Shown here: piece by piece, positions 13,701 to 27,184 of the stretch
Layout of the letters: every line of letters starts with the position of its first letter
Numbering within the stretch: position 1 is the stretch's first letter
NCBI GenBank assembly: GCA_000165425.1
Contig: CT868285.1
Coordinates: 62,001 to 126,000 of the forward strand
Length of the DNA stretch: 64,000 nucleotides
Origin: Paramecium tetraurelia
Taxonomy: Eukaryota
Direction of reading: 5' to 3'
Program-made: the position numbers and the translations under genes
The notes under the pieces: model-generated
The model's database searches: none
The model's input: the letters and a program-made list of their open reading frames with translations, nothing else
Told to the model about the DNA's origin: nothing

Positions 13701-15636
13701 AAGAAATAGAAATCTAAGAGTTTTAACACTATTTCAAATTATTCCAATCTAAATCCTCCATCTAAAGGCTTCTAAATAATTCCCACATTCCAAAGGCTTT
13801 AAAGTTAACTAATGTGTTTATCCAAATTGCCTTATTCACTCTCTTTGCATCGGGGTTAGTTGTCTTTCAGTTTAATCTGAATGACGACACTAATGTATCA
13901 AATATGATATTCAACTTAAGCTTAACAAACAAACGCATATCTAGTTGTTTGATGATTAATGCTATCTTACAAGATCTTAGATTGGTCAGATAGGGCGAGA
14001 TTAGAAATACTAGGTCTGATCTCGATGAAATCTTTATTATAAATTTAGAATTGATGGATTAGGAAATATAAGAACTTATAACAATTCATTCATAATTAAG
14101 TTTGATAGATACATAAATAAATGAGGAATATCAAAAATATGAAACACTCTATTTCACTCAAAATATTGAACTGTTTTCATCAGATGGAAGCAGTTAGTAT
14201 TACACCTTCAAAGAATCAATAGATTAACTTATAGCCAAGGCAATTCAATTAAATTAAAAGTAAATTTCCTTATTTGATGATTCAAATGTTGACTTCTTTT
14301 ACTACAACTACAACGTCTTGAATTCAGTAACTCAATATTCTTATATTCCTTTGAATTATTTCTATTACTCAATTAAATCAGTATCTGAGAATTCACTTAA
14401 GAACAAAATAGCCTTTTTAGTATTACAGACTTTTGTGTAACTTGTTGCTTAGGTTTTAATAGCATTTTACTTGATTTATTTTAGTAGATAGCTTCAGTAA
14501 ATATATTTGTTTTATTTTGAAATTAATGAATAACTTATTCATGCAGTAATATAAAATTGTGAAAAATTCTTATCCATTTTAAATGTTGGGGATGAAGAAT
14601 AGGTATTTATTATTATTATTAAATTCAGGATGAGGAGAACGAGGAACATTAATTCAATCTCAATCATAATCAAGAACAGGAAGAATTTAAAAAGGTGAAC
14701 AAGAAAACAAAAAAAGTTTGGAAAAATAGCAATGCCAAAATTTACAAGTTGATGATAACAGCATTCTTTATCTTTTTTCTTCTCCAATGCTACTTTATCT
14801 ACCAATATTATTCAGCCCAATAAGTAGTAGAAGATACGTATTATTTATGTCCTATTTTGAATACTACATCCCTCTTGGAATCTTAATATCGTCTTGGAGA
14901 TAATGCTATTAGAGAATATATGATGAATCCCGACAAGAGTATATTTAGTACAAACCCTTCAACATTTATAGAAACCTACCTAACATAGTTGTACGAAGTA
15001 AATGCAGATATGCAAACTAAATTCACTTAAAATGTTGATTTATTCTAACAAGATTTCATCAATGCATTTCAGTAACTGTACATTTAAAATCCTTGTCCAC
15101 TTCTAGTACAGTTACAACCTTTTATCGTTGAGGAATATTGTAACACTGTATTAGAAGGGACGGTTTCTGATGGATTATCAATCGGCTTAACTAAATTCTA
15201 TGAAAATCTGAAGATCTTACAACTCAATTATGAAATGTAAAGATAGCTAAATTAAACAGAGGCACAAAATAAAGAATTTGCAATTTTATTGCTTAGTACC
15301 AATTTTAGTGTAGAGGTTAGGATTATGGAAAAGATTATCATAAGATACACTCAAAGATATTTGATTGAAAAGTTAGAGTAAAGTATAAGTGATTCCTTCA
15401 CGAATTTATCAATTACCAGAGGAACTCTGTTTATTTGTTTCGCATTTTACATCTTTTTCATTGCATTCTTTTTATGGATTCCTAGTAATTCGTCATTGGT
15501 TAAGGCTATGCGAAAAAGTAGAACTCTTTTGTTACTCATGCCTATGCAAATATTAACAAAGTAAATATAATGATTATATTCATTTTATAGTTCGACTCCA
15601 ATACGGAGATACTTAAGAGCTGTACTAAAGAATTGA
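10786..15636 (+). CDS. Large PAS-domain multi-pass membrane protein (tiny macrocysts TmcB/TmcC-like)
   Basis: N-terminal multi-TM block, TPR-like region (IYHEGIKKFPDDAALRLSYIYFL), PAS motif (VNKSFCSLLGYSKADLIDRSINQIIP), and further TM/ectodomain segments ending RTLLLLMP. Confidence 0.8.
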
Positions 15637-15647
15637 TTAATTAATTT

Positions 15648-16316
15648 ATGTTAGCATTATCAATTATAATATTACTGTTGACATATGTTGGGTTGAGGTT
15701 CTGGATTGCTTCCAAATACAATAAAAAATACAATATGCTCATTTTATTTGGATCAGGTGGACATACTTATGAAATGTTGATGGCCTTAAGGAATTATGAT
15801 TTCCAATAAAAGTGTTAGAATTTATATTTTATGCATTCCTTTGCTGATACTTAGGAACCATTAAGAGTAGCTAAATTTATTGAGGACAACAAAGTATAAA
15901 GCGTTAATAAATTAAAAAGATTGCTTTGCCAAAAGTGGAATGGATTACGATTCACAGAAGTCGAAAAGTCAAATAATCATATTTATCTTCGATAATCACA
16001 ACAATCAAGGCAACACTGCATACCTTTTTGATATTATTGAAATTCAGAGATCTGGATATCTTTATTACTAATGGTCCAGGGACATGTATTCCAGTTGTGA
16101 TTGTTTTGATTGCACAATATGTAATAGATAATATAATTGTAGTTATTATTCATTCGAAAAAGATGCAAGATTTTGTTTATAGAGAGTTGGTGCAGAGTGG
16201 AAAATTTATCTTTAAGTGGAAAACTATTATATTGGGTTAGTGATAAGTTTGTGGTGAATTGGGAATCTTTGAGTAAGAAATACAAAAGAGCTACTTTTGT
16301 TGGTAATTTAATTTGA
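15648..16316 (+). CDS. ALG14: UDP-GlcNAc transferase subunit ALG14
   Basis: N-terminal TM, LFGSGGHTYEM, IHRSRKVKQS, TNGPGTCIP, IESWCRVENLSLSGKLL; two tiny introns. Confidence 0.93.
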
Positions 16317-16385
16317 GTATAATAATTTAATTGCTGGATGGCATGTGATATATATATATTGTTTAATTAAATAAAAAAATAACTG

Positions 16386-17061
16386 ATGTTCAAGAACTCA
16401 TTCTAAAGTGGATTTCTTTCAATTTTATATTCAATAGGATCAAAGCCCTTGTAGATTTGGGATAAACAAAGTATTTTATAGGTCCAATATTAAAGTTAAG
16501 AATGGACATATCAAGCGAATTACAGATTAAGATATTTAATCATCAGTTCTAGAAATCATGGGTACAAATGTGAGTACCAATTTCATTACTGCTCCTGCTG
16601 ATCCAAAAGAAACTTTGGGAATCAAATTACCTTTCTTAGTAATGATTATTAAGAATGTAAATTCATCATATTTAATATCTAGCTTAAAAAATACTTTACG
16701 TTTGAAGTGCAAGTCCTGGATGACAAAAATGTTAGAAGAAGATTCAGAGCCTCTAATTATCAAGTACATCTTAAAACACATTATTAGTCAACAACCAGAG
16801 TCAAACCATTTATCTGTACTATGCCTATGAGACTGGATGAAGGATGGAATCAAATTCAGTTCAATTTATCTGATTTCACTAGAAGAGCATATGGTACTAA
16901 CTACATAGAGACATTACGGTACATATAGATGCAATTATAATAGAGTTCAAATACATGCCAATTGCAGAATTAGAAGAATCTATTTCAGCGATCGTTTATA
17001 TAGTGAAGAGGAATTGCCCCCTGAATTTAAATTATTCTTGCCCATCTAAAAATAAGGATGA
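16386..17061 (+). CDS. CFAP20: Cilia- and flagella-associated protein 20 (Bug22)
   Basis: [27 protein letters not shown]...[68 protein letters not shown]...[18 protein letters not shown]. Introns 16471-16495, 16657-16682, 16764-16787, 16919-16943. Confidence 0.97.
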
Positions 17062-17684
17062 TCAATAATTTAATATTTTTATTCATTCATTAAATAAATT
17101 AACTCTGCATATACGGTCCTACAGCAAGATGAAGTTTTTAATGGCTTAACTTGTTCATATACTCTATGATGGTAAGCAGTTCTATTGTCAATTATGATTC
17201 CAATCAATAATTTCAATTTAATTCACCTAAAAATTATAGAAATGGAAATGGGTCTACTTTTGTCCTAGGAAATTTAATTATCATAATGAATGTGTCATAG
17301 CTTATCATAATAAATGTCAAATTACGAAGTACTGTTAATTCAGACGTGCAAAAGAAATAAAATTGATTTATGAAATTATACTTCTTTTAATGAATAAGAC
17401 CTGATTCATAAGTTTAATTACCAGTTCTCAAATACTCCAATTATTATTTATAATATTGTTATTAATATTGTAATATGCTTACATGTTCTAAATTAAATTG
17501 ATAAAAAATCTAAATTTAATGTTTCAAAGAGTAAACATAAAATCAAATTTATTCAAATATTTAATTAGTTCTTTCAGCATTAGAGTTTCACTAATAATGT
17601 TGATATGAACTCTTACAATATGTTTTTGTTATAATTTCTTATTTGAGGTATGAAAATAAGTTAATTAATAATAAATTTTAATTT

Positions 17685-18215
17685 ATGGGAAGCAAGGCCG
17701 AGAATTAAATCGAATAATATTCAGGATAAGACTTTGGTGACAAGATAAGCTTCACTGTCGGTGTCAGTTACATGTTAGGTAGGCTGTATTTCATAATTCT
17801 AGCTTCATCAATTGGATTACTAAAAGGAGCTATTGAAGGATTTCCAAGATAATTTAATATGCCCAAAAAATTGATTCTCAACAATTTCTTTAATGCTGTA
17901 GGAAAACGAACATCGACATATGGTTAAGCTGCTGCTAGTGCAAGCATGCTTTATTATTTCGTCGGAGCAGGAATGAATCTCTTATTTGAAGATGAATTAG
18001 CTGATATTAATTAACTGAAAAAAAATATGCTTTGCGGTGCTATTTCAGGAGCTGTATACAAATCTACATTGGGTACATTAAATAAATATACTACTCTAGG
18101 TGTTGTCCCATTTTTTGTTGGAGGGATTGTTGGAGGATCTTTGATAGGAGGTCTTACACTTCTGGTTGAGAATTTCAATAGAAAAGGTATTGTGGCTTTT
18201 GAAATGAAGTTTTGA
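17685..18215 (+). CDS. Mitochondrial inner membrane translocase Tim17/22/23 family (Tim23-like)
   Basis: DKISFTVGVSYML...GLLKGAIEG...KLILNNFFNAVGKRTSTYGQAAA...LCGAISGAVYKSTLG, with GxxxG-rich TM helices. Confidence 0.8.
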
Positions 18216-18253
18216 TAAGTGTTATTTGTTTTTTTAATTAATTTCATAACTAA

Positions 18254-18900
18254 ATGGACTCTTCTATATGTGTAAATTGCACCATAAAAACTGAAGAATC
18301 TGATATGCAACCATTTCCTTAAGTCTAATAAATTAAGTTCGAGTATACAGATCTTTATGTAATTCCAGAGACCTCCAAACCAAAATACCAATAGGAATAA
18401 TAACAAACAGAAACTTCAAAAATAATATCAAGTTCTGAATAAAGAAGAATATTGAAACATAAGCGGTAACAAAATTGAGATTTTGTAAATGTTATTTAAG
18501 CTAACAGTACTTCTACTGCCATTCTAAATAAAGGAAGAAGGTAAATTTTAAGAGATCATCAAAATCAATTTAAAGGGATTGATCTTGGAACAAATTAAAA
18601 TTAATTTGTATTTTTAAGGGCATCAAAATATGATTATGGATTTTTGGAATCATTTCATTTATGTAATTAAATGAATCTAATTTGTCGTCAGTAGACTTAG
18701 ATTTTGATATTTTTATAAATAAATCTTTAATGCTTAAGATGATGATATGTATCTCAATTGAAATAAAAAAAGGCATATTTACTGAGAATACATTTTTATG
18801 AGACTTCCATCTCAAGGTTTTGATTTAAATCACATAAGAAAGTGGGCATAAAGATAATTTATTAGAAGGCTATTAAAATAATTTGATAATTATATTGAAC
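18254..18900 (+). CDS. Possible hypothetical gene or degenerate gene; exon structure unresolved
   Basis: Plausible first exon MDSSICVNCTIKTEESDMQP...KHKR. Downstream frames could not be joined confidently, so the end is approximate. Confidence 0.25.
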
Positions 18901-18991
18901 ATTATGTAATCAGCATCTATTAATTATAGTTTATACTATAAATCCATTAAGCAAATTCTAATTATTTTGATTAATTAAATTAATATATAAG

Positions 18992-20017
18992 ATGTAAATA
19001 TAGAGGTTTCCTACACTTGGGGAATGGACTGAAAAAGTTTATAAATATTATATTCTTATCTTTTAGAAAACAAACTCATTTATCGAAGAAAAGTTAGTAA
19101 TTCGAAATCCTGAGGAATTGAAATCCAAAATTGAGAAGATGATATCTGATGGTGCTAAGTAGACACAAATAGTGACAGATTTTGACTAAACGATTTCTTC
19201 TTTCCTTAGTCCTGCAACATTCAGCTTGTTTAGGTTTTATATATTGAATATTATCATAGAATGTCTGAATTATCCCCTTAGGATTTCAAAAATAAAATGT
19301 AATAGTATTATGATTACTATGTTCCAATCGAGAAGGATTAGAGCATAAAAATAGATGAAAAGAATAAGCATATGCATGAATGGTATTAGAAAGTGTCTGA
19401 AGCCTTTCATGAAGCTAAATTCACAAAGTCTTTATCATGTTAAATATTAAATACTTCGCACATCTATTTGAGATAGCTTTTCGAACCATTCTTTAATAAA
19501 TGTGTGGAAGAACATATTCCATTTCACATTGTCAGCGGCGGACTCGATAGAGTGATAAACACTATTTTAGCATCTATTCACGACATCGACACTTACGATG
19601 AAATGACATTACATACAAATCAAATGCTGTTTTAAGACGACATTTTAGAAAAGATGGAGATGCTGGTAACAGCTACCACTAAAGCCAAAATTTTAGAAAC
19701 CTCTGGAATTCAATTCAGAAACAACACGATTTTGTTGGGAGATTTACCAAGTGATTTTTATATGACTAAATTCCTAAACATTCCAAATCAAGTGAGTATA
19801 GGATTTTTAGCATAGGATCATTCTTAGTATATATTTTGATTTATATGTTAGTTAATTAGAAGAGTATAAGAAATTATATGATATCACTATCATCGGTGAT
19901 CCTAGTTTCTTAGTTCCTTTAGTATTGTTATCCAAAGTCATAGGATATCCATTATCCGAAGAATGCACTTAGCTTTTCAATTCAAAAAATTATGATGAGC
20001 TTCGTGAACTCTTTTGA
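18992..20017 (+). CDS. NT5C3: Pyrimidine 5'-nucleotidase (cytosolic 5'-nucleotidase III, HAD family)
   Basis: QIVTDFDQTIS (HAD motif I), YYVPIEKD...KHMHEWY, HIVSGG, NTILLGD, IGFL, YDITIIGD. Confidence 0.88.
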
Positions 20018-20151
20018 GATAGATTATTTAATACAATAAACCATAATTATTTCATTTCTTTATCTTTTGTGCATTATATTTTCAGGCAATAGAATTATAG
20101 GAAGAAAGCAATAAAATATCCAATGAATTAAATTTCATTTATATTTGAGTA

Positions 20152-21342
20152 ATGAGCCAACAAGAACAGTAAGCATCGAAGTAGCCAGATAACATTTTGC
20201 AATCCAACGAAATGCACAACTCCATGCAACAGGAGAGTTCAAACTAAATCTACACCTATAAGGCTCCTTGGTTGATTTATGCCATGGGATTTTAATCGAA
20301 ACCTAGTCCTTAATCTCGAATCGCCATTTGCAGTATGATTGAAGACATTTAGAATGAAGTAAGTACTTCTCTTTATGAATAGGTGTTCATACTACAGCTG
20401 GACAAAGAACAAGAAACATTTTGCAAAAAAGCTAAATTCAATCATAGATACGCTCCAACCAAAGTCTTATGGATCCCTGATGCCGAGGGTAAGTATCCTG
20501 ATTTACTGGCAACAAGTGGGGAAAATCTAAGGATTTGGGAATATGATGATGTAAATTGTCAAGTCAAGATTAAGGGGGACTTAAAAAATGTATTTAATTC
20601 ATATTTTAACTGCATATAGACAAGTGATTTCAATGCTCCTTTAACATCTTTCGATTGGAGCTGCAAATATCAAAATTATATTGGAACTGCCTCAATAGAT
20701 ACAACATGCACACTTTGGGATATTGACAAATAGACTGTAGTTACTTAACTTATTGCTCATGATAAGGAAGTCTATGACATATGTTTTAGTGTTGATCATT
20801 AAATTTTTGCATCTGTGGGGGCAGACGGTAGTTGTAGACAATTTGATCTAAGGTTATATTTTAGAAAATTATTAGAGCCTTAGATCATTCAACAGTACTG
20901 TTTGAGACAGAGAACAATAATCCTATTGTAAGATTAGCCTGGAATAAGATGGATACAAATTATCTGGCAATCATAGAGATGGATGTCAACTATGTTACGT
21001 TGCTGGATACAAGGTTTAATTCATATTTTATTCAGGTAACCACTTCTACCTCTGGCTAAATTAAGAAATCATAAAGATTATGTGAATGCAATAGCGTGGG
21101 CACCAGAATCCACAACTCATTTATGCAGTGTAGCCGATGATTAATCAGCTTTGATTTGGGATTTCACATAACTACATAGTAAATAGAATGATTAAAACTC
21201 TATTGGTATAAATCTTAATAATTTAGATCCGCTACTTGAATATAAGGCAGAAAATGAGATTAGTAATTTATCATGGTCTACAAATAAAATTGATTAAGTG
21301 AGTATTTGCTATAATAAATCATGTTAAATATTGAATGTTTGA
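20152..21342 (+). CDS. DCAF7: WD40 protein DCAF7/WDR68 (AN11/TTG1 family)
   Basis: [97 protein letters not shown]. Confidence 0.94.
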
Positions 21343-21586
21343 AATTTAATGCAATTAAAATTTAATATAATTTTGTTTTTTATTATAGATTTTATTATTA
21401 TAAACAAAAATAAATTCATCTTTTTAACAAATAATCAACAAAAAGAATTTGATTTTATGTGATTGAGCAAGTTATTGAAAAATTCAAATGGCCTTTTGAT
21501 AAATCATATTTATAAAAATGAATTCTCAAAATTAATAAGAATATTATTCAATAATTAAATTGTATATTTATTTTGGATCATATAAA

Positions 21587-23023
21587 TCACTCTTTCTTAA
21601 TATTGATCTTCTTATAATTGAGAATATTTAGATCATCATCACACAATCCAGTTGTTATCAGTATTGATGACTCAATTTCAATATCCTCCATTTTCATTTC
21701 CTGAGATGGTAATTCATTATTTATCTCATTACTATGTTTCTCAAACAGTTTATGAGGCAACGGAATACCATAATTTTAATACTTCATCATTTATTAACAC
21801 GGAATTTATGAACGCAATATAAAATATAACCGAGATATTTCATGCAATTGATTGACAACTGAGAGCTTGAGAAGGACACTTTACCTTACTTTTTCATACC
21901 ACTTTTGAAATTCTTCTTAATTTATCTAATCTTTTTCATGCATAATTGATATAGTTTTCCCCATACAACTTTTGACTTTCTTTAGCTTTCGAAATTATGG
22001 ATAATAAACACTAATTATCTCATCAACTATTTTATTTTCCATTTCTTCTCTATTAAATTATTGAATAAACCAAGAAGCAGCTAATAATAAACTTGCTATT
22101 GATCCCACTTCAGCCAACATTTCTCCAAATTTAACATAAGTAACTGATTGCTTTACTTCAATTGGATCCACTTTGAAGGCTATTTCAATTAAAACATCAT
22201 CTTTAACTATTTAGTTAGTGCTAGCCTTTGTTATAGTTTAGGTCAAAACAGTAAAATCAGAGAAATATGTATAAGACTGAGAATTAGAAAATATCAAATT
22301 ATCATCAATCACCGTATTTGTATTTTGAAATAGCAATTCTGCTTTGAGGGTGAGAGATTATTGTAAAGTAAATTGTAACTATTTTTCCACTTCATATAGT
22401 GTTTTGTCTTTTGTATTAAATTATTGTAATTTAACTTCTAATTCTATGGGAACTAATGTATTTTTCAAATAGTTTTATATTTCTTCCTCTGATGCACAAG
22501 TTTAATTCTCTTTTAAGTATTATTATTAACAAGCAGTTACTAATAAATAGTAATATCTACAGCTTTCTTACGTTTTATCATTGTGAGCATTTTTGATAAT
22601 TTGCATTTATTCCATTTCAATCAGATTTGTTCCATAATTAGATGTTTCGGAATCAGCCAACACAGATTGGTAAGAAATTGGTTTGTTGTTTTCTAATATG
22701 ACCGCAATCGGCATCAGTATATTTCCTTATGTAGCAAAAGGGTCGATTAATGAGTCATCGTAGCGAATAGAGGTTATTTCAATTAATTCGTTAGGCATCT
22801 CAAATTTCTCGAAAGCTGCAAGTGTTGATTCTAAAAGGATTTTGGGTAATATTTGTCCGGATGCCCATTATGAAAGAACAAAAATAGAATAAGCGAAACA
22901 CACACTGTACACAGAAAGTGTGAATATGCCACCAATAATAGATTTATGTTCTTGTTCAGAATTCACAATCCTTTATTTAAATTCAGCGCCAAAGTTGTCG
23001 ATTTTAGATAAGAAGCGGATCAT
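21587..23023 (-). CDS. Ciliate-family two-TM protein with large Cys-containing loop
   Basis: MIRFLSKIDNFG...HKSIIGGIFTLSVYSVCFAYSIFVLSQWASGQILPK...EIAFKVD...YVKFGEMLAEVGSIASLLL. Similar to 51262-52686. Confidence 0.8.
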
Positions 23024-23048
23024 TTTTAAAATAAATAAAAGTAAATAT

Positions 23049-24575
23049 TCATTTGAATTTAGAGATGAACAAAGGCTAAATTATGTTAGAGATACTAAAT
23101 TGACTGATTCTAGTGGTGGTATTTTAGCTATTTTGGAGATCTTGAGAAAACTATACTTTTTATGACAACTTTCGACTATGATATGGAGAATAAATTTAGT
23201 TTAAGGTGATTTTACATGTAGGACTTAAGGATGGATTATTGTATTTTACAGTTGCCTTCTTTTAAAGTGATGCACTAGACTGATGTTTTTTCTGATCAGA
23301 CTTTTTTTTGAAAACAAATTATCTAATTTTAGACACTTTTTCAACTTAAAACCAAATGTGATTTAATGCTTCATGTGATGATAGTCGATCACTTTAGTCA
23401 TCATTCAATATGCATTTCAGAAACTGCAATCCTGTATTGCTTAATTTGCAATCATTGAAATTGACTTAGCCAAGTTGATTGTTAATTAATATTTATGTAG
23501 AATTAACATTATCGAATGGATTTTTACCTACCAACACATAATACATGATGACTCCTATGCTATATACATCCACTTTGTAATCATAGGGTTCATTTCTTAA
23601 GATTTCAGGTGCAATATATCCTGGAGTGCCACATCGTTTAAACAAGTAGAGACCATCACTGTGATAGAAATCTGCCAATCCAAAGTCTGTTAAACAAATA
23701 CTATCAAGATTATCAATCTATCTGAATATAATATTCTCTGGTTTTATATCTCTATGCATGATTCCCTTTGAATGCAAATATGATATGGTTTTGATCAATC
23801 TAAATATGAATCTCGCAGTTTTTTCCTCTGAAAAAAATGAACTTTTTTCTATGTGTCCATCCAGATCTTTTCCTATTAGGAGTTCCATCACAATATAAAT
23901 ATTTTCTGAATTCTCGAAGATCTCATTGAATTTAACACAAAACTCAGTCTATACTATTCTCAAAATTTTAATCTCCTTAAATAATGCAATTAAATCTGCT
24001 TCATCAATAAGCGATGATTTTCTTAAGATTTTAACAGCATAATCGTTCCCATCACTGTTATTTTTCGTCCTGTATACCTAATCAATGAGAGATTAACTTA
24101 CTTCAGTAAACCTTCCTTTACTAATCTTTTTTATCAATACATATTATTTCTGGAAATCACTTTATATTGTATGTCTTTTAAGTAACTTAAACCATTGATG
24201 TGACTCGCTATAAAATTCAACTTGATCAAAGCACTTCACTAGGCGAATCCCTTTTGGGTCTTGCAATTAGTCTATAATACTATTTTCATAGTCAAGCCAA
24301 AATGTTCGATTCTAATTCAGATTAACCATGAGCTTACCTGATCTTCGAAGACCAAATAATTGTCGTATACTTTGAGATCTCTGATCTACAGACTGTCTCC
24401 TTCTTTTATTTTAACAGTATCTCGAAATTAATATGAGGCAAACTCAAAGGGTAATGGAGTTGAACTCCACTTCATCTCAGCGTAATTCTATTAGAAGAAT
24501 GACCTGCAATGCTTGAACTCGCAACTATAATAGCTAACAACCATTTTACTTTGGATTCAGATCCTTGTTAAACAT
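23049..24575 (-). CDS. Ser/Thr protein kinase (CAMK-like) with N-terminal PH-like region
   Basis: YAVK, HRDIKPEN, DFG, CGTPGYIAPE, DVYSIG. The Gly-rich loop is degenerate (ISKGRFTEV). Start codon tentative. Confidence 0.92.
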
Positions 24576-25038
24576 GAGTAGATTAATTTAATATCATCCA
24601 ATAATATTAATTTTTTCATAAATTATCATTTATAAATTAGTCCTATCCAAAATAATCTTAATAAGATTTCCTTAGGAGAATTAAGATTTTAAGATATTGA
24701 TTTAAGTATAATAAAATAAAATAATTAGAAATATCATACAATAATATATTATAAAATTAAAGATCAACAAGTCGGATCGATTAAAAAGTGTATTTCATAA
24801 AGAAATAATTGACATTTAAAATCTTCCACTATCCCATAATTTTAATCTATAGCATTATTATCCATATTTATGGCAAATTCGTGTAAATTTAATTATAGTG
24901 ACCTATTTCTCAAGTGAATTCAATTCAATGTGGATTCTAAACTCTTATGTGCACTTTAACATTAAAATTATGTGTCCTAATCGATCTTATCTTTTAATAA
25001 ATTTGTTATTGAATTTACACATAAATAATTTTTGCTTA

Positions 25039-25962
25039 ATGTAGGAAGAAAAAGTTCGTGAAGAAAAATAAAAATCAAAGAAAAATTACTTTGGCTTATG
25101 CCTAGTTGTTATAGTTGAATTATTAATGACTTGGGGATTGTATACTATTATCATTCATGAATACCAGAATTTATTAATCAAATGTTTAAGAAATATAGCT
25201 ATAGCATTATGGGTTATATCAGAAATTTGCTATGTTAGAATTCAATTTTCAGACCCTGGAGAAATACTCTAGAAAACAGTGCCTTTGAAATTACTTAATA
25301 ATTCGCAATTACTGTAGTATTACCAAAATATTTGCGATAAGTGCAATAGTTGGAAACCCCCTAGAGCACATCATTGTAAAAGATGCAATAAATGCATTTT
25401 TAAAATGGATCATCATTGCGAATGGACAAATAATTGTGTAGGAGCTTTAAATTAAAAATATTTTGTACTCTTTCTACTCTACATGTTTTGCTACATTATA
25501 ACTATCCTATTAATACATATATTGTGGATCTACTCTTTCTTTATGACGAATTACTTAGATATATGGAATTCATTAAAGGCGAATCAATTTGAGATTTTTG
25601 AAGTCATCCTGGCAATAACAATGTGTTCTTTCTTTTCATTTTTTGTCATCTCAATGCTTTAGGATCAAATTTAAGTAATTAGAGACAATTAAACAGTGGT
25701 TGAGTCTTTCTAAGGCAAATTTGGGAGATAATAGTCATTTTTGCAAAATATGAAGTAATTCATGGGTGATGAAAAATGGTATTATTGGATGCTACCAACT
25801 ACTCCAATTTTGAAGTTGAACTATGCAGAGATAGTCTATGGAGAATCATTGGTCAATATGGGAACATCTTATTTAGAAGATATCATTTATGATGAAAAGA
25901 ATCCTTAGAGTGCCTACTTTGCTGAATTTATGGTAGATAATTATAAAAAGAAGAAGGCTTGA
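25039..25962 (+). CDS. DHHC palmitoyltransferase
   Basis: [45 protein letters not shown], four TM segments. Intronless. An in-frame upstream ATG at 24970 is also possible. Confidence 0.95.
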
Positions 25963-26082
25963 TATTTCATTGTGATTTAATATAGTTGTTAACTTTATAG
26001 AGCAAATTTTAATAATATTGGTTAAGAACTTTGCAAGACTCTGCTTAACAATTATTAATAGATTGATATTAAATTTACGCAC

Positions 26083-26725
26083 TCAATTAAATTCCAATTC
26101 TTCTGGTTTGATCACTTTTCCAGTAGGTTTCTATTTTAGTTTTTATTTATCCTTCAACATAGACTTCCTCATATCTAATTTGATATTAATGGCAAATACC
26201 ATATGCATCTTCGTATTTTCCATTTTGACTACTATAGTATTAGTATACAGTCTGATATATTTCATATCCGAAATTTTAATACATCAACACAGCAATTTTA
26301 TTTGAAGGTCGAACAAACAAATCCACATACCATCCATTTTAACTATTTGTTACATCTTCAATGTAATTCATCAGGAATCTTGCTACTCCCTATCTTCTAT
26401 ATTCAGGTGCTACAGTAATTGCCTATATAAATTATTTTATATACGCTGATATGGCCATGCCAATTCTGCTTATTATTGTTGGTTTTTTCTCCTTCAATCT
26501 TTCCCAATACTGAAAAATTAATAGAAGTATTTACAATATCCTTAGAAATTGCCAAAGTGATTTTTTATGGAAATACAAAATTCTGGCCATTTAGCAATGT
26601 ACTTTCCATAGAAGCCAACATTGAACTAAATTTAGTTTAATAGTTACTGTTTCAGTGAGGATGTCTAAATTAATGTTGTTGTAATCCAAAATATCGAAAA
26701 TTTGGAATGGTTTAATAGTCGACAT
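26083..26725 (-). CDS. NAA20: N-alpha-acetyltransferase 20, NatB catalytic subunit
   Basis: MSTIKPF...NNINLDILTETFNVGFYGKYIAKWPE...GKIEG...WHGHISAITVAPEYRRQG...VDLFVRPSNKIAVLMY...EDAYDMRKS; four tiny introns. Confidence 0.94.
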
Positions 26726-26741
26726 AATAATAAATTAATTA

Positions 26742-26993
26742 ATGAATTAATTACCAAAAGAGTCAATTATAAAGTTGTAATCACACATAAACAAAGAAGT
26801 TGTAATATAATTTTAAGGTGGAAGACAAGTCAAAGGAACCTTATTATCATTTGATAATCTGCTCAATCTAGTATTGGATGAAGTGAGAGAATTGCCATCT
26901 CAAAGAATATTAGGACTTGTAATTTGCAGAGGAGCTTTGATAAATAGTTTTGCGATTGATGGAATGGTCGAAATTGAAAATCCATATATGTGA
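26742..26993 (+). CDS. LSM7: U6 snRNA-associated Sm-like protein LSm7
   Basis: 83 aa: PKESIIKL..HINKEVVIQFQGGRQVKGTLLSFDNLLNLVLDE...RILGLVICRG...DGMVEIENPY. Absent from the ORF track. Confidence 0.92.
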
Positions 26994-27184
26994 TTTATAT
27001 ATATCAAAGAGTGGTTAATTGATCCATTAAAAGCCTAAATCTTCAGAGTTTACAATTGATTTTCATTAAGCATCTCAATTTGATTTATTACTAATGAGAT
27101 TTCAAGACAAGTGAATAAATAGTCAATGATCTCCCTTAAAAGTTGAGATTAATAAAGTCAATAAAATTTCTAATTTATTTAAAT

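Noticed and set aside
17090..17490. Possible small minus-strand gene
   Set aside because: Could not build a convincing ATG-intron-TGA model.
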